Assembly: GCA_050250895.1 (NCBI GenBank)
Contig: JBFWNU010000004.1
Location: forward strand, 494,934 to 558,933
DNA length: 64,000 nucleotides
Direction: 5' to 3'
DNA from: Vulcanimicrobiota bacterium
Lineage (GTDB): Bacteria > Vulcanimicrobiota > Xenobia > Xenobiales > JADMJV01
This document shows, piece after piece, positions 47,261 through 59,416 of the stretch. Both the position numbers and the translations under genes were made by a program. Numbering within the stretch: the stretch's first letter is position 1; each line of letters starts with the position of its first letter. The notes under the pieces are model-generated. The model was not told where the DNA came from. It saw only the letters and a list, made by a program, of their open reading frames with translations, and did no database searches.

Positions 47261-49479
47261 TGAATGTACTTCTGATCGAGGATAGTCCCACTGATGCCGA
47301 GTTGCTCGAGTTCAAACTCTCGCAACGGGGCAATGGCGAAATCAACCTCGAATGGGTCAGCCGCCTGGCCGATGGCCTGGCTCGCCTCGAGGAAGAAGGG
47401 TTTGACCTGGTTCTGCTGGACCTGAGCTTGCCTGACGCCCAGGGCCTGGGCACCTTTCAGCGACTCAATCAGAACGCCAGCGCCTCGCGCCTGCCGATCG
47501 TGGTGCTGACCGGGCTGGCCGATTCGCAACTGGCCATCGACACGGTCCGCGAGGGCGCCCAGGATTACCTGGTTAAAGACGAAGTCGACGGCCGTATCCT
47601 GCTACGCTCGCTCCACTATGCCATCGAGCGCAAGAAGGTCCAGCTCGAGGCCCTGCGCCTGCGCCACGAGGCCGAGCAGATGGAACGCCGCCGCTCAGAG
47701 TTTTTAGCCATGGTGAGCCACGAACTGCGCAACCCCATGACGGGCATCCTGGGTTACGGTCACCTGCTCAGCAAGACGCAGTTGGACCTGCTTCAGCGCG
47801 AATACGTCGAGGCCATCTGTGGTGGCGCCCAATCCCTGGTCGCCCTGCTCAACAATCTGCTCGAGCTCTCGAGCGCCGAGGCTGGCCAGGTCCGGCTCGA
47901 ATCCCAACCGGTCGACTTGCGCGAGGTACTCGAGGAAACCGTGGCCCTGCAACTAGCCCAGGTTCGCCAAAAGGGGCTGGAACTGGTTTGCACCATCGAC
48001 CCGGCCATCCCCGACAGGGTGACCAGCGATCCTCTCAAGGTGCGCCAGGTTCTGCTCAACCTGCTCACCAACGCTACCAAGTTCACCGAGCGAGGCTATC
48101 TCGGAGTCAGCGCTCGGGTGCGAGCCCAGGCCAACCAGTCGGTAGTGGTGCGCTTCGTGGTCGAAGACAGCGGTCGCGGCATTCCGCCCGAGAAAAAGAA
48201 GACCGTCTTTCAGCCCTTCAGCCAGACCGAAAGCTCCGATCGCGAAGTCGGTTCGGGGCTGGGCCTGGCCATCTGCCAGAAGGTCGTCCAGGCCATGGGC
48301 GGTGTGTTGGGGGTCGAAAGCCAGTTGGGCTCGGGCACGGCCTTCTGGTTCGATCTGCCCTTCAACGTCGTCACCCCCTCGAGCTTGAATGACCGGCTGC
48401 GCGGACGGAGGGTACTGGTGGCCGATCACGATCGGCAAGTGTCCTCGGCCCACGCCTTCATGCTCCGCGAACTGGGGGCCGAGGTCCTTCGGGTCGGCGA
48501 TGCAGCGCTCTTGTTGAAAGAAGCCACCAATCAGACCTTCGACGCCCTGTTGATCAGCTCGGAGTTCGACGCCGGCCGAGGCGGCCAACTCGCCTCGCAA
48601 CTGAGCCCTCGTATCCCCCAACGGCTGGTCTCGGACTACGAAAAACGCGGCCAGCTACCTTGCGGAGCGACCTTCGTAAGTCGGCCCCTGCGTCTGGCCG
48701 ACCTGTGCCGGCCCGAAACCGTGGGGGCACCCGCTCCCGAGCGAGGCGGGCGTCTCCTCGAGGGCAAGATCCTGGTGGTAGACGACGACCCGATTTGTGG
48801 TCGCCTGGTGGAAGCCATCGCCAGCAGCCTCGGCCTCGAGAGCCGGCTGGCCGCCACCGGAGCCCGGGCCCGTGAACTGGCCGACCGCCACGACTTTCAA
48901 TTGATCTTGCTCGACTTTCGCCTGCCCGACATTGACGGCTTGCAACTGGCCCAGCAACTGAGAAGCCGCCAACCAAAAGCTCTGATAGTAGCCGTGAGCG
49001 GTTTGTCGTCGCCCACCGCGGCCCAGTTGGAAGAGGCTGGCCTGGACCGATTTCTGGCCAAGCCGGTGGCGCCCGTACTGTTGGAAGAACTCATTCGCCA
49101 GGCCTTCACTCCGGTCAGCGCCATCGACTGGGCGACGCTGGCCAGCCTGAAGAAGTACGAGCGAGGCCAGAACTCGAACTTGATTCGTGATCTGATCGAA
49201 GCCTTCCTGAACACTTCCGTCGAGCGTTCCCAAGCCCTGCGCACCAGTCTCGAAAACGACGACCGCGAGTCTTTGCGCCGGGTGGCGCACCAACTCAAAG
49301 GTGCAGCCGCCTCGGTTGGGGCGGCTCTGGTGGCTGAGCGGTCCGACCGGCTCGAGAACCTGGACGACCCGGAAGCGTTGGCCCGAGTCACCAACAGCTT
49401 GCTGGATGCCCTCGACCAATCGCTGACCGAACTGAGACAGTATCTCCAAGAGAGGGCAGCTGATGTTCGAGAAACTTAA
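47260..49479 (+). CDS. Cytoplasmic hybrid kinase (REC-HisKA-HATPase-REC-REC-Hpt)
   Basis: VSHELRNPM, NATKFT, GSGLGL, LLDFRLP, AHQLKG. Confidence 0.92.
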   Translation: MNVLLIEDSPTDAELLEFKLSQRGNGEINLEWVSRLADGLARLEEEGFDLVLLDLSLPDAQGLGTFQRLNQNASASRLPIVVLTGLADSQLAIDTVREGAQDYLVKDEVDGRILLRSLHYAIERKKVQLEALRLRHEAEQMERRRSEFLAMVSHELRNPMTGILGYGHLLSKTQLDLLQREYVEAICGGAQSLVALLNNLLELSSAEAGQVRLESQPVDLREVLEETVALQLAQVRQKGLELVCTIDPAIPDRVTSDPLKVRQVLLNLLTNATKFTERGYLGVSARVRAQANQSVVVRFVVEDSGRGIPPEKKKTVFQPFSQTESSDREVGSGLGLAICQKVVQAMGGVLGVESQLGSGTAFWFDLPFNVVTPSSLNDRLRGRRVLVADHDRQVSSAHAFMLRELGAEVLRVGDAALLLKEATNQTFDALLISSEFDAGRGGQLASQLSPRIPQRLVSDYEKRGQLPCGATFVSRPLRLADLCRPETVGAPAPERGGRLLEGKILVVDDDPICGRLVEAIASSLGLESRLAATGARARELADRHDFQLILLDFRLPDIDGLQLAQQLRSRQPKALIVAVSGLSSPTAAQLEEAGLDRFLAKPVAPVLLEELIRQAFTPVSAIDWATLASLKKYERGQNSNLIRDLIEAFLNTSVERSQALRTSLENDDRESLRRVAHQLKGAAASVGAALVAERSDRLENLDDPEALARVTNSLLDALDQSLTELRQYLQERAADVRET

Positions 49480-50356
49480 CCCCTTCCGCCGGGTTCGCGC
49501 TCTGGGCGTCGATATCGGCAGTTTCTCGCTCAAGTGGGCGGTGGTGGATCAGACGCGCCGCCAGGTCATCAGAACCGGCTGTCACCCTTTCGAACGAGCC
49601 ATGAGTTTTGACACGTTGCTTGACGAACTGGCCACCGGTTTGGCCGAGGTCAGCGCCGACACGCCTTTGCATTCGGCCGTGGGAGGACGAGCCACGGCCT
49701 ATGGATATCTCGAATTCTCGTCGCTCAGTGAAGAGGAACTGGCCATTGCCTGCCAGGCCGAGGCCCAACAGTGGATTCCCTTTGCCCCCGACGAGATGCG
49801 TTTTAGCTACAGTCGGGTGCCGCCCCTCACCGATGGAGCCGGACAGGGCGTGTTCTATGCGGCTGCCCTCGACCGCGAAGTAACGCGTCTGCGAGGCCTG
49901 CTCAGCCGAGCCCTGCGCGAACCCGACCGACTCGAGGTGCCTCCCTTGCCCCTGGCTCGAGAGTTCGCCTGGCGCGAACCCGACGAGACCGATTTCGTAG
50001 CTTTGATCAGTGTCGGCTACTCGAGCACGCTGCTGGTGGTGGCGCGCCAGGGCTATCCCTACTACGCCCGCGAGTTCACCCCCGGAGCCCGCCATTTCAT
50101 CAGTCTGCTGCCCAGCGAAAACGCCTTTCGCCAGGCCGATTTTTCGCACCCCCGGGTAGCCAATCCCCTGGTTCGCCTGGTTAACGGTGTCGGGCGCAGT
50201 CTGGCCGCCTTCGCCCCGGCCGGGGATTGCCGCCTGGTGCTAACCGGAGGCGGCTCGAGCCAATCTCTGGCCGATTGCCTGGGCCAGCGCCTGGGCCGCC
50301 CGGTCAGCTACGACGACGCCGGGCTCTTTCGCACGGCCGTCGGTCTGGCTGTATGA
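49463..50356 (+). CDS. PilM-like actin-fold pilus assembly protein
   Basis: LGVDIGSFSLK, EAQQWIPF, LVLTGGGS, AVGLA. Confidence 0.8.
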   Translation: MFEKLNPFRRVRALGVDIGSFSLKWAVVDQTRRQVIRTGCHPFERAMSFDTLLDELATGLAEVSADTPLHSAVGGRATAYGYLEFSSLSEEELAIACQAEAQQWIPFAPDEMRFSYSRVPPLTDGAGQGVFYAAALDREVTRLRGLLSRALREPDRLEVPPLPLAREFAWREPDETDFVALISVGYSSTLLVVARQGYPYYAREFTPGARHFISLLPSENAFRQADFSHPRVANPLVRLVNGVGRSLAAFAPAGDCRLVLTGGGSSQSLADCLGQRLGRPVSYDDAGLFRTAVGLAV

Positions 50357-50721
50357 CCGTCTATCTCGGCGACCATCACGGCGAGGCTGGTCTGGACCGG
50401 GCCCTCCTCGAGGCCGGCTTCGAGGTTCGGACTTTCGCCGACGGCCTGGACCTCTACTACGCCATCCTCGAGGCGCCCCCAGCTCTGATCGTGGCCGAAC
50501 TGATGCTGCCTTCGCTCGACGGCTTCGTCCTGGCCCGGCTGGTCCATTTCGACTCTCGGCTGGCTCGCCTGCCCATCATCTGCCTGACCTGGTTTGACCA
50601 ACCTGACCTCGAAGAGCGACTCGAACGACTGGGCTGCCGGCATCTGCTGCGGCGGCCCGTCGAACCACAGCGTCTGGTCAGCCTGGTTCGGTCTCTGACT
50701 GAGCGGCCGGCCCTGGCTTGA
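50353..50721 (+). CDS. Atypical single-domain response regulator (Asp->Glu)
   Basis: PPALIVAELMLPSLDG, LPIICLT, LRRP. Confidence 0.75.
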   Translation: MTVYLGDHHGEAGLDRALLEAGFEVRTFADGLDLYYAILEAPPALIVAELMLPSLDGFVLARLVHFDSRLARLPIICLTWFDQPDLEERLERLGCRHLLRRPVEPQRLVSLVRSLTERPALA

Positions 50722-52156
50722 GCGTGAACCACATCGTGGTGCCCTCGCCCGGGGCTGATTCTACCCAGATTCGACCACCGTGACGGTCGACCACATTCTT
50801 ACAGACGGCCAGTCCCAGACCCGTCCCCGGGTAGGCATCGGCCGCGTGGAGCCTTTGAAAGAGCAGGAAGATGCGGTCAAATTGAGTTGGATCGATGCCG
50901 ATACCGTTATCCTTGACAAAGAAAGCGTCATCGGGGCGTCCCAGGCTGACCCGACACGGTCTGTCCTTGTGCCGAAACTTCACGGCATTGGCAATCAGGT
51001 TCGCATACAACTGCCGCAACAAGGTGGGATCGGCCTCGGTCTGGCCCAGTTCTCCGAGTTCGACCTCCGCCGCCGACTCTTCCAACAAGACTCGCAAGTC
51101 CTTGAGAGCATCCCCCACCACGGTGGCTACCTGCACCGGTTCTACCTCGGCTCGATGCCGGCCCAGCTGCGAATAGCGCAACAGACCCTCGATCATCGCC
51201 TGCATGCGAGCAGCCGACCCTTTGACCAGCTCGAAAAGGTGCTTTTCGCGTTCGCCTTCGAGATCAAGCCTGCGCTCGAGGATACTCAAACAGCCGTGAA
51301 TCCCGCGCAACGGCTCTTTGAGGTCGTGAGAGGCGGCGTGGCCGAACATCTTCAACTCCTGGTTGGAAAGACGCAACTCTTCCTCGATCGTCTTCTGAGC
51401 TGTGACGTCATTGAACACGGCCACACCTGCGCCGTCCGTCAAGCGACTCGAACAGGTCAGGTGGCGACCGCCCACCACCACCGCCAACTCCGTCGTCTCG
51501 ACCGAGAAGAGGTCCTGGCCCACCACCTCGCCGGCTTGATTGCGCAGCTCGACCTCTTGCCAATTCGCCCCCTCGCTCAATCCCAGCAACTTGCGAGCTT
51601 GAGGATTGGCCAGATGAATCGGCCCGCTGGCATCGGCCACCACCACCGCCGCCGGCAAACCGATCAGAGTCTCGTCGAGTAACAACCGATGGCGCTCGGC
51701 CTCTTGCCGAGTCACACCCAGCTCGCGAGTCCGGCTCTTGACCTGCTCTTCCAGCACGCGCTCCGCCGCCAGGCGCCGGTCGATCTCGGCTTGCAACTCT
51801 TCGGGCGAGGGGATGGCCAGGATGGCCCGGTAATTTCGATGCAGTACCACGGCCGTAACGGCCGACACGATACCGGTAGCTGCCTTCACCCAGCCCTCGA
51901 GCCAATAATCCGGACTCCACATCGTCCAGATGGCCATCAGGTGCGTGGTGCCGCAGGCCATGATGAAAGCTGCGAAGAGATGGAAGAGATTCTGGAAGGG
52001 CACGTCTTTGCGCTGCTGGACGAGCCGGAACAACAACCACGGGATCGAGAAGTAAGCCAGAGCCGTCAATCCGTCCGAGGCGACGTGAAGAGCCAGTAAG
52101 CCTGGCTCCCAAAACAGGCAATGCCCGTGGGGCATGAAACCACCCGCGAGATACAT
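50678..52156 (-). CDS. Sensor histidine kinase with ETR1-type ethylene-binding domain + PAS-like + HisKA/HATPase
   Basis: SDGLTALAYFSIP..FIMACGTTH; ASHDLKEPLR; GTGLGL. Confidence 0.88.
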   Translation of the reverse strand: MYLAGGFMPHGHCLFWEPGLLALHVASDGLTALAYFSIPWLLFRLVQQRKDVPFQNLFHLFAAFIMACGTTHLMAIWTMWSPDYWLEGWVKAATGIVSAVTAVVLHRNYRAILAIPSPEELQAEIDRRLAAERVLEEQVKSRTRELGVTRQEAERHRLLLDETLIGLPAAVVVADASGPIHLANPQARKLLGLSEGANWQEVELRNQAGEVVGQDLFSVETTELAVVVGGRHLTCSSRLTDGAGVAVFNDVTAQKTIEEELRLSNQELKMFGHAASHDLKEPLRGIHGCLSILERRLDLEGEREKHLFELVKGSAARMQAMIEGLLRYSQLGRHRAEVEPVQVATVVGDALKDLRVLLEESAAEVELGELGQTEADPTLLRQLYANLIANAVKFRHKDRPCRVSLGRPDDAFFVKDNGIGIDPTQFDRIFLLFQRLHAADAYPGTGLGLAVCKNVVDRHGGRIWVESAPGEGTTMWFTLKPGPAAQSETEPG

Positions 52157-52357
52157 GACGTAGTTAGACCTTTCCCCGAACTGTCACATCTCTTCGCGGA
52201 CTTTAGCACACATCCCCTTGATTGGCGGGGTTTGGTCACGAGGCTCAGCGGGAATAAGGTAAGCAGTCCAATCAGCTTTTGCGACCTCGCACACACACAG
52301 ACGAGGAAGGTCGTCCCTCAACCAGCAATCGCGTTTTTCGCGAACCGAGGAGAGACC

Positions 52358-52630
52358 ATGAAACTCAAAGCCAATCTGCTAGGCAACCGCATCACGATGG
52401 CCCGCCGCTCTTGCCTGATGAGCGAACTCGAACTAGCCTCCGAAGCCGGCATCGCAGCCAACTTGCTACGCGCCTTCGAGGCAGGTCAACGCTGGCCACG
52501 CCTGGACACCCTGGCCCTCATCGCCGAAGCCACAGGGTTTCCGGTCATCTGGTTCATCGAAGATTGGCTCGAAAACCCCAGCCTTTTCCTGCTCCCCGGC
52601 TCGACCAACGACCTATTCCAGGCCGTGTAG
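52358..52630 (+). CDS. XRE-family HTH regulator
   Basis: GAGGAG RBS; LGNRITMARR..ELASEAG..FEAGQRWPRLDTL. Confidence 0.8.
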   Translation: MKLKANLLGNRITMARRSCLMSELELASEAGIAANLLRAFEAGQRWPRLDTLALIAEATGFPVIWFIEDWLENPSLFLLPGSTNDLFQAV

Positions 52631-52636
52631 AGGAGG

Positions 52637-52888
52637 GGGAGCGCTCGCTTTGCTCGCGAGCGGGGAGCCCCGACGGCTCCGCCGTCGAGAAGGGAGCGCT
52701 CGCTTTGCTCGCGAGAAAGGAGCCCCGACGGCTCCGCCGTCGAGAAGGGAGCGCTCGCTTTGCTCGCGAGAAAGGAGCCCCGACGGCTCCGCCGTCGAGA
52801 AGGGAGCGCTCGCTTTGCTCGCGAGAAAGGAGCCCCGACGGCTCCGCCGTCGAGAAGGGAGCGCTCGCTTTGCTCGCGAGAAAGGAGC
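52637..52888. repeat. 55-bp tandem palindromic repeat (4 full units + 1 partial)
   Basis: Units start at 52637, 52692, 52747, 52802, 52857: GGGAGCGCTCGCTTTGCTCGCGAGAAAGGAGCCCCGACGGCTCCGCCGTCGAGAA. Confidence 0.95.
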
Positions 52889-53410
52889 CGGGCTGCGCCC
52901 GGAGAGGGGAGCGCTGGCTCGCTTGCGCTCGCCAGCGAGAAAGAAGCGAGGTTCGCTGGGCTCACCTCGAGTTCTTGAGGCACTCGACGCTTCGTGTCGC
53001 AATTCCGGGCGGCTTCGCCGCGACGGCCCGGCCCACCGCCAGCGACGCGCCCGCGACGACCAGCCGACCTCGGCCCGGCCACAAAAAGAATTCTCGAGTT
53101 GAGCGACAGCTCAACTCGCTCCCCTCTCGGAGCCCCGACGGCTCCGCCGTCGAGAAGGGAGCGCTCGCTTTGCTCGCGAGAGGGGAGCCGGGCTGCGCCC
53201 GGAGAGGGGAGCGCTGGCTCGCTTGCGCTCGCCAGCGAGAAAGGAGCGAGGTTCGCTGGGCTCACCTCGAGTTCTTGAGGCACTCGACGCTTCGCGTCGC
53301 AATTCTGGGCGGCTTCGCCGCCACGGCCAGCCCACCGCCAGCGACCTCGGCCCGGCCACAAAAAGAATTCTCGAGTTGAGCGACAGCTCAACTCGCTCCC
53401 CTCTCGGAGC
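52829..53410. repeat. ~300-bp direct duplication of a multi-hairpin block
   Basis: Copies start at 52829 and 53129; the second has a short internal deletion. Confidence 0.9.
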
Positions 53411-53441
53411 CCTGCTCCGCTCCCATCCCCGAGCGAAGCGA

Positions 53442-53600
53442 GGCTCCTTCCTCGTCGGCGAAGCCGACGCTCCTTGTCGGCCGAAGGCCGAAACGCTCCT
53501 TGTCGGCCGAAGGCCGAACCGGCTCCTTCCTCGTCGGCGAAGCCGACGCTCCTTGTCGGCCGAAGGCCGAAACGCTCCTTGTCGGCCGAAGGCCGAAAGC
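53442..53600. repeat. 2 x 79-bp repeat built of GAA-loop hairpins
   Basis: GTCGGC-GAA-GCCGAC and TCGGCC-GAA-GGCCGA units; copies at 53442 and 53521. Confidence 0.9.
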
Positions 53601-53601
53601 G

Positions 53602-54858
53602 CTAGCTCTCGGTGCCGACGGTGTCGCCGCTCTTGATCTTCTTGCGGCGCTTGAAGATCTCGGCGCCGCTGTTGGCGTGCACGGTGACGTTGCGGCCGAT
53701 GGACAGTTTCGAGGGGATCTGGCTGTCGCGGCCGACGATCGTCAGGCCCGTGTTGAGCTGCGAGGGCATCTCTTGATTGGGCGTATTGTCGTCGCCATCG
53801 CCAACGCGGGCCTCGCTACCGATGACCACGTTCTTGTCGATGATGCACGAATCGACCACCGCGCCAGCCTCGATGACGGTATCATGCAGGATGATGCTGT
53901 TGATGACGGAGGCCCCTTCGGCCACATAGACGCCGGGCGAGAGGATGCTGCGCTCGACCACGCCGTCGATGCGGCAACCATTGGAGAGCAAGTTGCCGTC
54001 GACTTTGGCGTTGGGACCAACGCGCACCGGGCCACGCTCTTGCGAGCGGGTGTGCACGACCCACTGGCTGTCGTAGAGGTCGAGGGCCGGGTCTTCGGCT
54101 AGCAGCGACATGTTGGCTTCCCAGTAGGACTGGACGGTGCCAATGTCGGCCCAATAGCCGGGAAAGGCCTGGCTGCGCACGTCGTAGCCGAGGTCGATCA
54201 TGGCCGGCAGAACGTGCTTACCGAAGTCGACCAACGAATCGTCGGCCAGAATCGAAAGCAACACTTCCTTGCGGAAGACGTAGATGCCCATGCTGGCCAG
54301 GTTATCGCGGCTGCGGCGAGGCTTCTCTTCGAAGTCGACGATGCGACCTTCGCTCGATTTCGAGATGATGCCGAACCGGTGGGCCTCATGCTGGCTGACC
54401 CGGCGCGTGGCCACGGTAAGATCGGCGCCGCTCTTTTCGTGATGCTGAATCAGGGGACGGTAGTCCATGAGATAGACGTGGTCGCCTGCCAGGATCAGGA
54501 CATGATCTTCGCTTTGGGTGTGGACAAAGTCGAAGTTGCGGCGCACGGCGTCGGCGGTGCCTCGCTGCCAGTCGCCGTGCGGACCTCCGCGGTAAGGCTG
54601 CAGGACGCGTAAGCCGCCTTTGATCAGGTCGAGATCCCAGGGTGCTCCGGTGCCGATATGGTCGTTGAGGCTGTGAGGGCGATACTGGGTTAGGACCGCC
54701 ACGTTATAGATGTCGCTGTTGACGCAGTTGCTGAGCGCAAAGTCGATGAGGCGAAACTTGCCTCCAAAGGGGATCGCCGGAGCTGCCCGCACTTTGGTCA
54801 ATACGCTCAAACCTTCACTTGGCCCACCGGCCATTACCATTGCAAATGCTCTTGACAT
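53602..54858 (-). CDS. ADP-glucose pyrophosphorylase paralog, probably regulatory (GlgD-like) subunit
   Basis: GlgC fold (GTADA, GDH, EEKP, DFG, DIGT) but AGGPSEGL and RAAPAI at the N-terminal motifs. Confidence 0.85.
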   Translation of the reverse strand: MSRAFAMVMAGGPSEGLSVLTKVRAAPAIPFGGKFRLIDFALSNCVNSDIYNVAVLTQYRPHSLNDHIGTGAPWDLDLIKGGLRVLQPYRGGPHGDWQRGTADAVRRNFDFVHTQSEDHVLILAGDHVYLMDYRPLIQHHEKSGADLTVATRRVSQHEAHRFGIISKSSEGRIVDFEEKPRRSRDNLASMGIYVFRKEVLLSILADDSLVDFGKHVLPAMIDLGYDVRSQAFPGYWADIGTVQSYWEANMSLLAEDPALDLYDSQWVVHTRSQERGPVRVGPNAKVDGNLLSNGCRIDGVVERSILSPGVYVAEGASVINSIILHDTVIEAGAVVDSCIIDKNVVIGSEARVGDGDDNTPNQEMPSQLNTGLTIVGRDSQIPSKLSIGRNVTVHANSGAEIFKRRKKIKSGDTVGTES

Positions 54859-56111
54859 TAGATCGTCGCCCCGTCCGGAACAATTCCGTTCTCGGGATAA
54901 TCGCTTTCATCCCGGTTGCTGTTGATCAGTACATTGCGGCCCACGCTCACCCCGGCCGGCACCAGGGCGCCCTTGCCGATGACCGTAAGTCCACTGGAAA
55001 GTTTGTCGGGCGACTCGGCGTTGGGGACGCCGTTGTCGCCCGTGCCCACGATGGCCCCGGGGCCGATGAGCACCTCTTTGTCGATGACCACCCGATTGAG
55101 GCGGGCGCCGGGTCCGACCCAGGTGTCGTTCATGACCACACTGTCTTCCACCACCGCTCCGGGGCTGACGTGCACTCCTGGACTGAGCACGCTGTTGCGA
55201 ACCAGTCCGCGCACGATGCAGCCGTTAGAGACCAGGCTGCCCACAATACGGCCGGTGGGACCGACCTTGACGGCCGGGCGCTCTTCCGACCGGGTCAGCA
55301 CGGGCCACTGGTCGTTGTAGAGATCGAGATCCACCGTACCTCTGGTGAGGTCGAGGTTGGTGCTCCAGTAGGAGTCGATCGTCCCGACGTCGACCCAGTA
55401 GCCCGCGAAGCGGTGCGCGATCACCCGGGCGCCCGAGTCGATCATGGCCGGGATGATATGCTTGCCGAAGTCGAGGTCGGCGTGCTTTTCGATACCGGCG
55501 GCCAGATGCTCGTCGAGAGCTCGGGTGTCGAAGACATAGATGCCAAGCGAAGCCAGGTTGCCCTTGCTCTTGTCCTTGGGCTTTTCGTGAAACTCGACGA
55601 TCCGGTTGTCTTCGACCTTCATAATGCCAAAGCGGAAGGCCTCTTCGATCGGCACCTCCATCACGGCCACGGTCAAATCGGCCTCGGCCGCCCGGTGGGC
55701 CTCGATCATGGCCTGGTAGTCCATCTTGTAGATGTGGTCACCCGAGAGAATCAGCACGGCATCGGCCGAGTGGTCGTGGATGAAGCCCAGATTCTGATAG
55801 ATAGCGTCGGCCGTGCCAGCAAACCAGCGCTGCTGGCCGCGGCCATGGTAAGGGGGCAGCAGGCGCACTCCGCCGCGGCTGCGGTCGAGGCCCCAGGGCT
55901 TGCCAATCCCGATATGCTCGTTGAGGCTGTGAGGCCGGTATTGGGTCAACACGCCCACCGTCGAGATGGCGCTGTTAACGCAGTTGCTGAGCGTGAAATC
56001 GATGATTCGAAACTTGCCCGCGAAGGGAACCGCGGGCTTGGCGCGTTGCTCAGAGAGCACCGTCAGGCGACTGCCTTCACCCCCGGCCAAAATCATGGCG
56101 ATGGTCTTCAT
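54858..56111 (-). CDS. glgC: Glucose-1-phosphate adenylyltransferase
   Basis: [34 protein letters not shown]. Confidence 0.95.
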   Translation of the reverse strand: MKTIAMILAGGEGSRLTVLSEQRAKPAVPFAGKFRIIDFTLSNCVNSAISTVGVLTQYRPHSLNEHIGIGKPWGLDRSRGGVRLLPPYHGRGQQRWFAGTADAIYQNLGFIHDHSADAVLILSGDHIYKMDYQAMIEAHRAAEADLTVAVMEVPIEEAFRFGIMKVEDNRIVEFHEKPKDKSKGNLASLGIYVFDTRALDEHLAAGIEKHADLDFGKHIIPAMIDSGARVIAHRFAGYWVDVGTIDSYWSTNLDLTRGTVDLDLYNDQWPVLTRSEERPAVKVGPTGRIVGSLVSNGCIVRGLVRNSVLSPGVHVSPGAVVEDSVVMNDTWVGPGARLNRVVIDKEVLIGPGAIVGTGDNGVPNAESPDKLSSGLTVIGKGALVPAGVSVGRNVLINSNRDESDYPENGIVPDGATI

Positions 56112-56148
56112 AGGGTCGCCCCTTCGAAAACCACCACCCAGGGTTCCT

Positions 56149-58533
<2,385 letters not shown>

Positions 58534-58613
58534 AGCGGTGCCTTCTGGAGCAGCTTGAAAGGTCCTCGAGAACACACTTTCTTTTTTTGAAGAATGATCA
58601 ATATTGCAGAAAA

Positions 58614-58635
58614 TCTGATTTTCAGATATTCTGAA
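58614..58635 (+). promoter_or_regulatory. Overlapping palindromes over a TATTCT -10 box: probable TA autorepression operator
   Basis: TCTGA-TTT-TCAGA (58614-58626) and TTCAGA-TAT-TCTGAA (58621-58635). Confidence 0.65.
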
Positions 58636-58639
58636 ATTC

Positions 58640-58900
58640 ATGGAGCATCGTGTCTCGGCCACCGAAGCGGCTCGAAACTTTTCGGAATTGCTCAACCGAG
58701 CCCACTACCGTAGTGAAACTTTCGTCATCACGAGAGGTGGCCAGGATGTTGCCCGGCTCTCGCCGACCAGGATCCGTTCCACCTGGGGCGACTTGCTTGA
58801 CCTCATCGGTCAAAGTCGGCTCGACCCTGATTTCGCCGACGACCTCGAAATCGTTCAAACGAGCCAACCACAACTACCTGAGGACCCGTGGGACTCTTAG
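58640..58900 (+). CDS. Phd/YefM-family antitoxin (VapB)
   Basis: VSATEAARNFSELLNR..FVITRGG..VARL. Confidence 0.88.
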   Translation: MEHRVSATEAARNFSELLNRAHYRSETFVITRGGQDVARLSPTRIRSTWGDLLDLIGQSRLDPDFADDLEIVQTSQPQLPEDPWDS

Positions 58901-59286
58901 TCGATACCAGTGTCTTTGTGGCCTTCGAACGGGGCCAGACAGGTCCAGCTTTCGACTCCGACGAGCAAGTCGCTCTCTGTTCGGTCACGGCCTCGGAACT
59001 TCTCCACGGAGTGCATCGGGCCGACGCATCCCAGCGCCGCGAGAAGCGTAGGGCGTTCGTCGAATCAATTCTGGCGCGCTTTGAAGTGTTACCCATCGAC
59101 TTGCCAACGGCTCGTATCCACGCCCAACTCTGGGCAGACTTACGCAGTCAAGGCCAAAGTATCGGCGCCCACGATCTTCTGATTGCGGCCACGGCCGTGC
59201 ACCACGAATTGAGGATTCTCACAGCCAACGTTCGGGACTTCGCCAGAGTGCCCGGTCTGATGGTGGAATCGTTCGGAACCCGCTAG
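58888..59286 (+). CDS. vapC: VapC PIN-domain toxin
   Basis: LVDTSVF, SELLHG, IGAHDLLIAATA, TANVRDF. Confidence 0.92.
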   Translation: MGLLVDTSVFVAFERGQTGPAFDSDEQVALCSVTASELLHGVHRADASQRREKRRAFVESILARFEVLPIDLPTARIHAQLWADLRSQGQSIGAHDLLIAATAVHHELRILTANVRDFARVPGLMVESFGTR

Positions 59287-59416
59287 GCGGGCCCCGCCCA
59301 CTCGGTCGAGGGTAGACGGTTAGAGTTCTCCCCCGCGGCGGTCGATGAACTCCCGGCGCGAGCGCTTCCAAAAGCTGGCACGTTCGGGAGTCTAGCCGAC
59401 GGCCAGCCAGGGACAC

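Noticed and set aside
52637-53600. CRISPR array
   Set aside because: Repeats are directly tandem with no unique spacers, and no cas genes are in the window
52279-53636. Long ORFs (366, 301, 150 aa etc.) across the repeat region
   Set aside because: Translations are periodic Arg/Ser/Ala-rich products of GC-rich repeats with no protein-family signal
58534-58695. N-terminal extension of PcrA
   Set aside because: Runs through the AT-rich promoter and into the divergent antitoxin; family similarity starts at MAFESILDNLN
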